Shown: piece by piece, positions 1 to 10,300 of the stretch
Position numbering within the stretch: position 1 is the stretch's first letter
How the letters are laid out: each line of letters begins with the position of its first letter
Assembly: GCA_002269645.1 (NCBI GenBank)
Contig: NIVC01000523.1
Location: 1 to 40,442, forward strand
Source: Macrostomum lignano
Taxonomy: Eukaryota
Length of the DNA: 40,442 bases
Reading direction: 5' to 3'
Position numbers and translations under genes: made by a program
The notes under the pieces: generated by a model
Told to the model about the DNA's origin: nothing
What the model saw: the letters and a program-made list of their open reading frames with translations, nothing else
Databases searched by the model: none

Positions 1-29
1 TGCAAAAGGAATAGCTAAGATGTTAAGGC

Positions 30-2417
30 TCACAAGGATTGCTAAGGTTATTGCAAAAGAGAAGCTGTAGTTTAAACAGGTAGTATAAAATTGCGTCTTC
101 AAGGGTTTCTCTTTGTGGAACAGCAATTCTTCTGCTGCTCCAGTCCGTTGAGTCAAAAACGATTTTTTCCAACGTAGTAGCTTTCCTTGTTCATCGCGAA
201 CTTTATAAGAATGGTCATTCACTCTCATGTGCACTTCTGCTGGCTGCCATCGTCGTGTTGATTCTTGCATCCAAACCTTTTCTCCACAACCAAATTTCTC
301 CTCTCCTTAGATCCACGGTTGTAATATTCTTCGGCCTTGTTCTGCTGGTCCTTTAGCTTCTGCAGTACTTTCCTGGACATGACCTGTCTAGGAATTAGAT
401 CTGCTTTTTGGGATCGGCAAATCATAGCGCGCAGTTTGTGTCCAAAGACTAGCTCAGCGCGGTGATGGCATTCCATGCTCGATAGGAGTGTTCTTGTAAT
501 GCAGCAGTGCACATGTGCTTGCCTTCATTGCTCTTCAGAACTGCCTTTAAAATATTCTTGATCGTCTGAACGCCTCTTCCGCTAATCCGTTGGACTGGCT
601 GTACTTCGGCGATGATGTAGCATGCTTGAAGCCGTACTCTTTCGCGAAACAACCAAATTCTCTTCCCGAGAATGGAGGTCCATTGTCAGATCTTAAAATC
701 TTGCAAACTCCATAGGTCTGGAAATACTTCTTTAGTTGCGGGAATCACGGAGGCAGCTGAAGTATTGTTGATCCTAGTGTATTCGATCATCCGACTGTAT
801 TTATCAACATATATCAGGAAATTCTTCCCGTCAATATGGAAAATATCTATGCCACATTCCTGAAATGGGTAGTCCGGTAGGCACTGAGCCACCATCGGTT
901 CCTTCTGTGGCTTTCTTTGGCTTTCCTGGCAGGCAATGCACACGCTGAAGTCATTTCTTGAATATCACATCTAATTCCAGGCCAGTAGACGCTCTCTGAC
1001 GCCTTTAAGCTTGCCTTCACAATTCCAGGGTGTCCAGTATGCAGCTTCTGTAGCACTTCCATTCTCATTGAGTTTGGAACGACTATTCGGTTCTTCATCC
1101 AGATCAGATTGCCATGCGCAGTCAGATCATGTCTGACGTTCCAGAAGCAACGAAGCTCAGTCACAAGCTGGCTTCTGTGGTGAGGCCAACCAACACCGAT
1201 GATCTCAGCGAGTTGTTGCAGTGTTGAGTCCTTTGCCGTTTCATTTTCCAGTTTCTGCATCAGTTCTGGGAATCCAACCGACATTCTAACACCGAGCACA
1301 TGACCTTCAATGTCATCTTCGAGTTGTTTAGAGGCATGTACGTTCTTTAAGAAAGCGCGGCTTAGAGTGTCTGGAATGTGCAAGTCCTTACCGGGAACAT
1401 ATATAATGTGCAGGTTGTACTTCTGAACTAGTAGCATCAGTCTCTGCAATCTTGCTGTAAGAGTTGAAATTGGCTTCCGGAAGATGTTCTCTAGTGGCTT
1501 GTGGTCGCTCTCGACCGTTACCTTGTGTCCCCAGACGTACTGGTGGAATCGCTTGCAGCCAAACACAATAGCCAAAAGTTCCTTTTCGATCTGAGCATAC
1601 TTCCGTTGGATGGCGTCAGTGATGACAAAGCGTATTCCAGCGGGTGTCCATCTTGCAGGATAGTTGCTCCGAGACTGTGTTGACTAGCATCGACTGACAG
1701 AGTAAGTGGTGCATTCGGGTTATAGCGAGCTAAGACTGGTGCGTCGCAAAGACTCTGCAAAATTGATTCGTACGCTTTTTTGTGTTCATTTGTCCAGTTC
1801 CACTGAGCATTCTTCGTCAGCAATGTGCATAGCGGTGCTGCCTTAGATGACAGATCCAAAATGAATTTGGACAAAAAATTTGCACATCCTAGAAATCGCA
1901 TAAGTTGCTGCTTTCTCAAATTGCCGGATAGAGTATCTGGTCGGGGCATATCGCGCATTGCTTTTACTTTGTCTGGGTCGACTTTAATTCCAGTGTGCGA
2001 AAGTATGTTGCCGAGGAATTTCAACTCCTTCAATCCGACTTTCCGATTTTTATAATTCAGGCGCAAATTCTTTGCATGGCACATTTCCATAAGCTGCCTC
2101 ACAGCTTCATTGTGTTCTTCAACAGTCTTGCCCCAAACAATGAAGTCGTCAATAAAATTGTTGCAGTTTCTGATCTTGTCTGAGATCTCCTCCCGAACTC
2201 GCTTCTGGTAGACTTCCGATGCGGAACAAATTCCATAGAGCATTCTCAGCCAACGATATCGTCCAAAAGGTGTGTGAAAGCACGTCATCAACAAACTTTC
2301 ATAATCCAATGCAATCTGGTGAAAACTCGCAGTCGCATCAAAAGTTGAGAACAGAGCAGCGTTTCCAATTTCTGCAATAATTTCGTCATAAGACGGTATC
2401 TGATACTGCTCTCTCAT
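30..2417 (-). pseudogene. pol region (RT, RNase H, integrase) broken by several frameshifts
   Basis: RT 2417-1600 (FDATASFHQI, FHTPFGRYRWLRMLYGI, NFIDD, LKFLG); RNase H ~1700-1350; integrase HHCC ~1040-930 and DDE core ~880-560. Frame changes near 1600, 945, 715, 575, 500 and 260. Confidence 0.9.
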
Positions 2418-3982
2418 TATGTTGGCATTCAGATGCTGAGAGTCTAGGCAAAGACGTATAGTCTTGTCTGCTTTCTAGACGACGACCACATTTGAAACAT
2501 ACTTCGTGGGCTCATCACACTTGGTGATGAGTCCATCCGAAACCAGGTGATCTAATTCAGCCTTCAAAGGTTGCATTGCTGCAAACGGGATTCTTCGAGG
2601 GCGATCCATCCAAGATTCTTTGTCATCGCGCAGGCTGATGTGATAACTCCCAGGTAAGCAACCTGTTCCTTCAAAGACATCGGGATACTCTCGAAGAAAT
2701 CTTTCATCTGTCCACGTGGACTTAAACCCTTTAGGTTGAACAGAAACTCCGAAGTTGAATTTCACCAGGCCTATCTCTTCTGCAGTTTTCCATCCGATGA
2801 GTGGAATGAGCCTCTCTTTAATCACAATAAATTCATTTTCATGCTTGACTCCTTCATATTCCAGTTTCAATTGTACCTTCCCTGCGACTGTTCGGCGCGA
2901 CCTTTTATAGCAAAAGAGTCTGCAAGACGTTGCTTGTATCGACGTGTTTGGTGCAATCCGCCTAAGCAGATGTTCAGGGAGTACATTTGCGTCCGCTCCT
3001 GTGTCGCATTTGCAATTCACCAGCTGACCTTCGATTTTGATACCAACAGTTGTTCTACTGTCTCTGTCGTTGCCACCCGGTCGCAGAGATGCTGACATGA
3101 CCCACGAATCTTGACGATCAGATTCTGAGCTTTCATTTGTATTTCGATCCAAGGCTCTTACGGTCTTATTCCGACAAACGTTGCTGAAGTGGTTTTGCTT
3201 TCCGCAAGATTTGCACGTCTTGCCATATGCAGGGCATGAACCTTTCTTGTGTTTCTTACCACAGAATGAGCAACCCTCCGACTTTCCTACCATCGGCTTT
3301 CCATTGGACCCAAACCTTTTGTTCGGTCGTCTCTCCTTGTACTTGAGATCTGGTCTGCCTGTTGAGCGAGGCTTCACAACAGAATTGACTTCTTTCTGGA
3401 TGTATTTCGAAATCTCTCCGGAGGTGTTTCCCGTCATGATCCGCACTTGGGTCTTTGATGATTCACTTGCACGGCAGATAGATATAGCCTTATCTAGCAT
3501 CAACTCCTGCTCACGTAGAAGCCGTTCTCGCAACTCTGTGTCTCTGATTCCGAGGACAATCTGATCTCTGATTATTGATTCGTTCACCGTCAATTCGTAG
3601 GCTGGCTTCTCGAATGAGCATGTCTTGATAAGTTGTTTCAGGCCGCTGACGAATGAGTCAATGCTCTCATGCTCATTCTGCCTGCGTTGCCAAAATTTGT
3701 AGCGCTCGAAAGTTTCGTTCGCACTCGGCTTGCAATATTCTTCGAACAGTTTTGTCACTTTCGACAGCTCTTCGTCTCCTTCCGATTTCTTGAAAGTTGA
3801 ATAAATCTCACGACCTTCTTCTCCGATGGCTGTTAGCAGTGTCGCTATTTGTACTTTAGCCGGTGATTCGTCACGCTTGGTTGCAGTCATATAGAGCTCA
3901 ACGCAGAAATCCATTTACTCCAGTTTTCCGCCTTGTGCTCATCAAAGCAGAATGGCTTTGGGGGTTTGAGCCCGCCATCCAT
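2418..3982 (-). pseudogene. gag-protease region of the Gypsy element
   Basis: ATG at 3982 gives MDGGLKPPKPFCFD...NWSKW, then a frameshift near 3915 into ORF 3914-2475 (QIATLLTAIG, FERYKFWQRRQ, zinc knuckles, CKCDTGADAN). An in-frame TAG at 2477-2475 interrupts VVV*KADKTIRLCLD. Confidence 0.85.
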
Positions 3983-4049
3983 TTGAATCCAGATCCAGTT
4001 GAGCACAGTACTGCATTTGACAATTCAAATCCAGAGCTCTTCACAAGTG

Positions 4050-4063
4050 CACCTCTGACACCA
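4050..4063 (-). promoter_or_regulatory. Primer-binding site, tRNA-Leu-like
   Basis: Minus strand reads TGGTGTCAGAGGTG immediately after the LTR end. TGGTGTCAGA is complementary to the 3' end (...UCUGACACCA) of tRNA-Leu. Confidence 0.7.
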
Positions 4064-4224
4064 TGTTGTGTTGCGACACAGAAGTCTTATGTTTCTAGAT
4101 GCTTGTATGGATATAGAGCAGCTGTGTAGTTATAAGTGCTCTTTAACACTCGTTTATTAGTTGTGTCCATAGACATAAATCAAACACACAGAGAATGAGT
4201 CTATGAGTCTATCATAACATAACA
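4064..4224 (-). repeat. 5' LTR (161 bp) of the Gypsy element
   Basis: Starts TGTTGTGTT at 4064 and ends AACATAACA at 4224 (8/9 inverted match, TG...CA). AATAAA on the minus strand. Directly abuts the PBS. Confidence 0.8.
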
Positions 4225-4280
4225 TTCTGTATCCATATCTATAGCCATATCTTAAAAAATTCTTATAGTAAGTCTATCTA

Positions 4281-4870
4281 TGAGGGCTGTCCCTAAAGTC
4301 AGTGCACTTTCTTCACTACAGCCTTTTCTCACCAATCAGAAATATTAAGTCTGTTGCAGTTGAAAAAAGAATTATCTACCCATTAAAATGACTTTCTGTT
4401 TATTTCTGTATCTGCTGGCATTCTTGAGATATGAGCACTTTTCTGCCCCACCCCTTGTGCTACTTTTACAAATTTCCATAGACTAAAGCTTTCCTGATGC
4501 ACAAAACAAAACATTCAACAAATCAATAAAACATGCGCAACATAAAAGCTGAGGAAAGAACAGTTAAAAGTTAATCAACATTGTCCTAAGGCTTCTCCAC
4601 ATAGTCACCACTAGGTGTGCTGCACACTTCTGTCATCGGCTGTGCATGTCAACAATGCACCTCCCACATGACCAAGAAAACAGAGGAGACAATCGAGCAG
4701 GCAAATTTTGTGCTGCTCTCACTGCCACCCTATTCTCTAGATTTGTCAACAGCTGACTTTGCCTTCTTTCCAAAGAGAAAGAAGCTGCTGCATGGACAAA
4801 TCTTTGCTTGTCGTGGGAGCCTAGAAGCATTGACTTGCCAAGTTCTCCTTCATGAGATGCTGCGCTCAGA
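4281..4870 (+). mobile_element. Mariner-type DNA transposon fossil (internally deleted)
   Basis: TA followed by TGAGGGCTGTCCCTAAAGT at 4279-4299 resembles a mariner terminus. At 4645-4800, translation gives HVNNAPP (cf. HDNAPxH) and, in the next frame, LPPYSLDLSTADFAFFPKRKKLLHG (cf. mariner PPYSPDLAPSDFxLFxxLKxxLxG). Confidence 0.7.
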
Positions 4871-5289
4871 TTTTGCTGATTGACGACATTGACGACATGC
4901 TTTCTCTTTTTTCATTCCCTTTTTCCCTTTCTCACTACTTTCTCTTTCTCTCCTGTTTCCCTTCTCTCCTTTCTATCTCTTTTTATATTGTTTAAGTAAC
5001 TAAAGTAAAAAAAGTAGCCAATTCTTGCCAAGATTTTTTTGCAACAGAGATGGCCTACTTATTGGTTGGTTTCCAAGAAGCCTCTTGCAATCTAGCCTTA
5101 TTTGATAGTAGCAGATGCTAGGCAGCTTCCCTATTGGCTTAATTCATCTTAACTTAAGCCCCTACTATTCTAACTACAATGTGTATATAGTGTCAAAAAT
5201 GTTTTTGATTCCCTGAGCTTTAACCTCCCCTCCCCCTATTTTAACCTCAATATACTTGTAATATCGAAAAAATTTTGTCTTTGTTGCCT

Positions 5290-5790
5290 GAGTCCCCAAT
5301 TCTAAAGACTTAAAAGCTCCTCTCACATTGAAAGTGAAAACATTTATCTTAAATTTAGCCCCCAATATCCTAACCCCATCTGTCCTTGGCCCTAGGGACT
5401 TAAGAGCTTCCCTTGAAAGTGACATCATTTATCTTAATTTGAGTCCCACCACCCAACCCAAACATGCACATGGTAGCAAAACTCTGTGATTTAAGTGCCC
5501 AACCCTAGTAACTTAAAAGCTCTTTTTACATTGAAAGTAAAGACATTCATCTTAACATTAGTCCCATACCACCCAACCAGAGCATGCATATGGCATTGAA
5601 CCTATTGCTAAGTCCCTAAATCCATGCAAGGGCTTTAGAGCCCCCCTTGGAAAATGAAAACATTCATCTTAACTTTAGCCTCTGCCACCTAACCACAATG
5701 TGGACATGGCATTGACAATCTATTTTGATGCTTAAGTCCTAAATTCCAGGGACTTATAAGTTCTTCTCACTTTGAAACTGGCAACATTCT
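5290..5790. repeat. Old, diverged tandem repeat, ~87-123 bp spacing, about 5 units
   Basis: Motif (A/C)C(A/T)TTG(G)AAA(G/A)TGAAAACATT(T/C)ATCTTAA recurs at ~5325, 5411, 5528, 5645 and 5769. Confidence 0.65.
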
Positions 5791-6483
5791 TTTTTACTAC
5801 CCTGATCCTATCAAATCAATAGCTTCGATATGCTAATATGCTTTGCCAAAGAACCTCGATATCTGTAACATCCTATAGCTGTATCCATAGCTACAATAGA
5901 ACTCTAGTACCTATGGTTTATGGACATGATATAAAACAAAAAATTCTTGACTAATAGCTATGTTTGTTGAAAATCTAGAACTATCATATCAAAATAATTT
6001 TAGTGTAAGTAGAATATTTCATTCTAGATTTAAATAACCTTGAAAGTTTCATATCTCAAGTCTTAGCCTTAGGGGAGAGGGGCAACTAACCTTCTTTTCT
6101 TCCTTTGGTTAGTCCACTGGGAAGAATCTATTCAAATTCCTCCAGTAGACTTTGCATTACCCTAGAGTTAATATAATCTAGAAAGTTAGAATGGCAATAA
6201 TATTTTTTCTTAGAAACAAAAACAAGCATAGACAATGTAATTGATGCCTTCATTTTAGCTCATAAAATAGTATCTACAAAGTCACACAGTGGTAGAGTAC
6301 TGTTTGCTGTGGCCTATTTTGCATTGATAAAGACCAATATATAATGCAATATCATGTAAAACTTAGCTATCTTCTAAATTTGATGTTTACACTGTAAATA
6401 ACAAACTTTTGCTGTTGATTCTTAGCTTATTATAAGCATAGAAATTGTGGTTTGTTAAAAAGACAGGATAAACTAATACTGAA

Positions 6484-6739
6484 ATGCAAGGCGGTGGTGT
6501 GATAAGCATCACGGTTAAGTGCGACTTGGCCTACAGTCAAGCTGCTGGTCGGGTGCACCTGCGTCTGGGCGTTGATCGAACTCTCGACTCTCTTCTTGAC
6601 GAATTCTGCTCTCATATGAGAATTCGAAGATTGCCAACATTGTCACTGCGCAATGATTTGCATAGCGAACTGGCATTGGACTTGACATTGGCCGCTGCTG
6701 GCCTGTCTGATGGCGACGTTATCTATGCCTTCGACTCTG
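6484..6739 (+). CDS. Exon encoding a ubiquitin/SUMO-like (beta-grasp) domain
   Basis: MQGGGVISITVKCD...VHLRLGVDRTLDSLLDEFCSHMRI...LDLTLAAAGLSDGDVIYAFDS. The pattern (strand, strand, T-L-x-x-L helix, terminal TLxxxGLxDGDxI) is typical of Ubl folds. Strong donor G|GTGAG at 6739/6740 (phase 1). Confidence 0.6.
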
Positions 6740-7377
6740 GTGAGGGTTCAGTTAGTTTGCAGGCAGCTTCGAGCACTTTTGCTTTAGTTAGAGGCCCATT
6801 ATTACTGCCCATTCCGCCGACTCCCCTGAGCATGCACACTAGTGTGCGCGGATACGTACGCAGCCATACGCACTTGGGGGTTGGCCCTCACGGTCGTTAA
6901 TTTTCAGCCCCGCTGGGACAAAATTGCAGCGACGGCACTGTGACTACAAGCGACGACAGGCTAGAGATGACAGCCTTGTCGATCTACTATCGATTTACTA
7001 AAATTAGTATTTGTTCAAGTCAGTAGTATCGTGCAAATGCTCGCTTCCAGATCCGCTTCACTATCGGCCTCTGATTGGTCGACTTGCCATGGCGACGACA
7101 GGGTGGCTTGTCGTCAACTTGTCGTCATCAGCCTGTCCTCGCTGAAATTTTTTTCCAGCGGGCAAGCAGAGTTAAGCCGAGATTCCAATTAAGCCTCAAA
7201 TTAATGTACAAAATCGTACCTCCGTACCATGGCGTGGAAGTCCATAACAGAACATTTGGAGCCGAGTTATCACTAGCCAGTGGATTTAGTCTTGAAGTCT
7301 TGATTAGCGCCTGAATATCTAAATATCTCTCATACGAGATGCATCTTTGTTTATCTCGTCTCATTGCTAAACTGCAG

Positions 7378-10300
7378 ATCCGCCGCCTCCGCCCCCCGAA
7401 CCGGTGCTGGCCAGGGACTCGGCTTCTAATTGGTGGATCTTAGCTGCGGCCGCACTGGCTATTGGCCTGTTCGGTGCTGCCGCCATCATTACAATGTTTA
7501 TCATTGGCAATCAGCCTATTGATGCGGTGAGATTGAGAACCAGGGCCACTGGTCCCCTGTTTAGGTTTGGGATGTCACTGATTCCAGCTGCTTTTTGTTT
7601 GGGATGTCACTGATTCCAGCTGTTTCGGTTTGGGATGTCACTGATTCCAGCTGTTTCGGTTTGGGATGTCACTGATTCCAGCTGTTTCGGTTTGGGATGT
7701 CACTGATTCCAGATGTTTCGGTTTGGGATGTCACTGATTCCAGATGACTCGGTTTGGGATGTCACTGATTCCAGCTGTTTCGGTTTGGGATGTCACTGAT
7801 TCCAGCTGTTTCGGTTTGGGATGTCACTGATTCCAGCTGTTTCGGTTTGGGATGTCACTGATTCCAGATGACTCGGTTTGGGATGTCACTGATTCCAGCT
7901 GTTTCGGTTTGGGATGTCACTGATTCCAGATGACTCGGTTTGGGATGTCACTGGTTCCAGCTGTTTCAGTTTGGAATGTCGCTGATCTCAGATACTTTAG
8001 TTTGGAATGTCACCGATTCCAGATATTTGTGTTTAGAATGTCACTGATTCCACATTTTTGTGTGTTTAGAATGTCACTGATTTCAGATCTTTGTGTGTTT
8101 AGAATGTCACTGATTCCAGATCTTTGTGTGTTTAGAATGTCACTGATTCCAGATCTTTGTGTGTTTAGAATGTCACTGATTCCAGATCTCTGTGTAGAAT
8201 GTCACTGATTCCAGATCTTCGTGTGTTTAGAATGTCACTGATTCCAGATCTCTGTGTGTTTAGAATGTCACTGAGTACAGATCTCTGTGTGTTTAGAATG
8301 TCACTGAGTACAGATCTCTGTGTGTTTAGAATGTCACTGAGTACAGATCTCTGTGTGTTTAGAATGTCACTGATACTGTAATCATAAACTTGTTACTGGA
8401 TAATTATCTCGTCACCGCTCGCACCCACAGTACGGAGTCATTATCGACGCCGGGTCCAGCTCATCCAAAGTGTACATCTACACCTGGCCAGCGTCCAAGA
8501 CAAATGGAAATGGCGTAGTGTCTCAACGCGCAGTAGCCAATAATTCTTGTACGTGTTTTGCTTATAAAATATTTATAAACTGGAAACCAGTTAAAATTAG
8601 ACACTAAAATTGTCGAATTAATTTTTGCAGCTGCTCCAATAGAAAGCTCTCAAGGCATTAACCAGATTGAATGGTCGCTAAGATCGTTGGATTCCGTGGT
8701 GCCAGAGGATCGGAAAGCCAAAACTGAACTGTTCCTTGGCGCCACTGCCGGCATGCGAATGTACAGGTGAATGGCATTGTCCGCTGCCAACTGCCGTCAT
8801 GGGTTCGAGCCCTAGATACTTGATATCTATGGCCAGCCTTGTAGAATTTAGACATGTGTTCTGTCAGTGTCCCATATCTTCAGTTGCTGGGCCAGCCTCC
8901 CAGATCCCCAGTTGTTAAGCCAGCCTCTCAGACCCTCAATTTCTGGGCCAGTCTTTAAGATCCTCAGTTGCTGGGCCAGCCTCCCAGAGTGTCAGTTGCT
9001 GGGCCAGCCTCCCATAATGCTCGGTTGCTGGACCAACCTCCCAGATCCCCAGTTGTTAAGCCAGCCTCTCAGTGCTTTAGTTTCTGGGCCAGCCTCCAAG
9101 ATCCTTAGTTGCTGGGCCAGCCCCCCCTCCCCAGATCCTCAATTGCTGGGTCAGCCTATCAGATCCTCAGCCACTGGGCCAGCCTCCTAGATCCTCAGTT
9201 ACTAGGCCAGCCTCCCAGATCCTCAGTTATTGGGCCAGCCTCCCAGATCCTCAGTTACTGGGCCAGCCTCTCAGATCCCCAGTTGTTAAGCCAGCCTCCC
9301 AGTGTCAGTTTCTGGGCCAGCCTTCCAGAGTGTCAGTTGCTGGGCCAGCCTCCCAGTGTCAGTTGCTGGGCCAGCCTCCCAGACCCTCGGTTGCTGGGCC
9401 AGCCTCCATCCCAGATCCTCGGTTGTTGGGCCAGCCTCCCAGATCCTCGGTTGCTGGGCCAGCCTCCCAGATTTCCAGTTGCAGGGCCAGCCTCCCAGAT
9501 TCCCAGTTGCTGGGCCAGCCTCCATCCCAGATCCTCGGTTGCTGGGCTAGCCTCCCAGACCCTCGGTTGCTGGGCCAGCCTCCCAGATTCCCAGTTGCTG
9601 GGCCAGCCTCCATCCCAGATCCTCGGTTGCTGGGCCAGCCTCCATCCCAGATCCTCGGTTGCTGGGCCAGCCTCCCAGATCCTCGGTTGTTGGGCCAGCC
9701 TCCCAGACCCTCGGTTGCTGGGCCAGCCTCCCAGATTCCCAGTTGCTGGGCCAGCCTCCCAGATTCCCAGTTGCTGGGCCAGCCTCCATCCCAGATCCTC
9801 GGTTGCTGGGCCAGCCTCCATCCCAGATCCTCGGTTGCTGGGCCAGCCTCCCAGATCCTCAGTTCCTGGGCCAGCCTCAATACCAGATCCTCAGTTGCTG
9901 CGCATGGCGCCATCATTCTAAGAATTCCACTTGACACACAAAAAACCCGCAGCGCCGTCAACAGCACAGCAGCAGAGTTAGTATTGAACGGAGCTCGGCA
10001 GGTACTAACCAGCAAGTTCGCTTACAAAGTATCCAACGCTACAGGACAAATTCGTATAATCACCGGAGCAGAAGAAGCAGTTGGCGCCTGGATTAGCGTT
10101 TATTATCTCAAGGTATTCAATATCGCTATTCATTGCCGATATGTATCGAAAAATCACTTTTCTACTGACTCAATTGTAGAACAGTTTCGGAGATTTTGCC
10201 TCTTCCTCGCTGACCTCGCGAGTGGCCAGATCCGTTGGCTACCGTCAGCTAGCTAACGATTTTGACACCTTTGGCAGCTTGGACCTCGGCGGCGCCAGCA

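Larger units (their letters stand above)
1..4224 (-). mobile_element. Ty3/Gypsy LTR retrotransposon, Mag-like clade, degenerate; 3' LTR lies outside the window
   Basis: Minus-strand order LTR-PBS-gag-protease-RT-RNaseH-integrase. Tandem Cys/His zinc knuckle CSFCGKKHKKGSCPAYGKTCKSCGKQNHFSNVC, protease DTGA, RT FIDD, RNase H VDAS...EKELLAIVFG, integrase HTGH...CIAC, and D-D-E core (GIDIF, SDNG, SNGLAE). Confidence 0.95.

Noticed and set aside
8867-10015. Many overlapping 80-308-aa ORFs (CWASLPDP...)
   Set aside because: 28/32-bp intronic array; only 9953-10112 is a real NTPDase exon.
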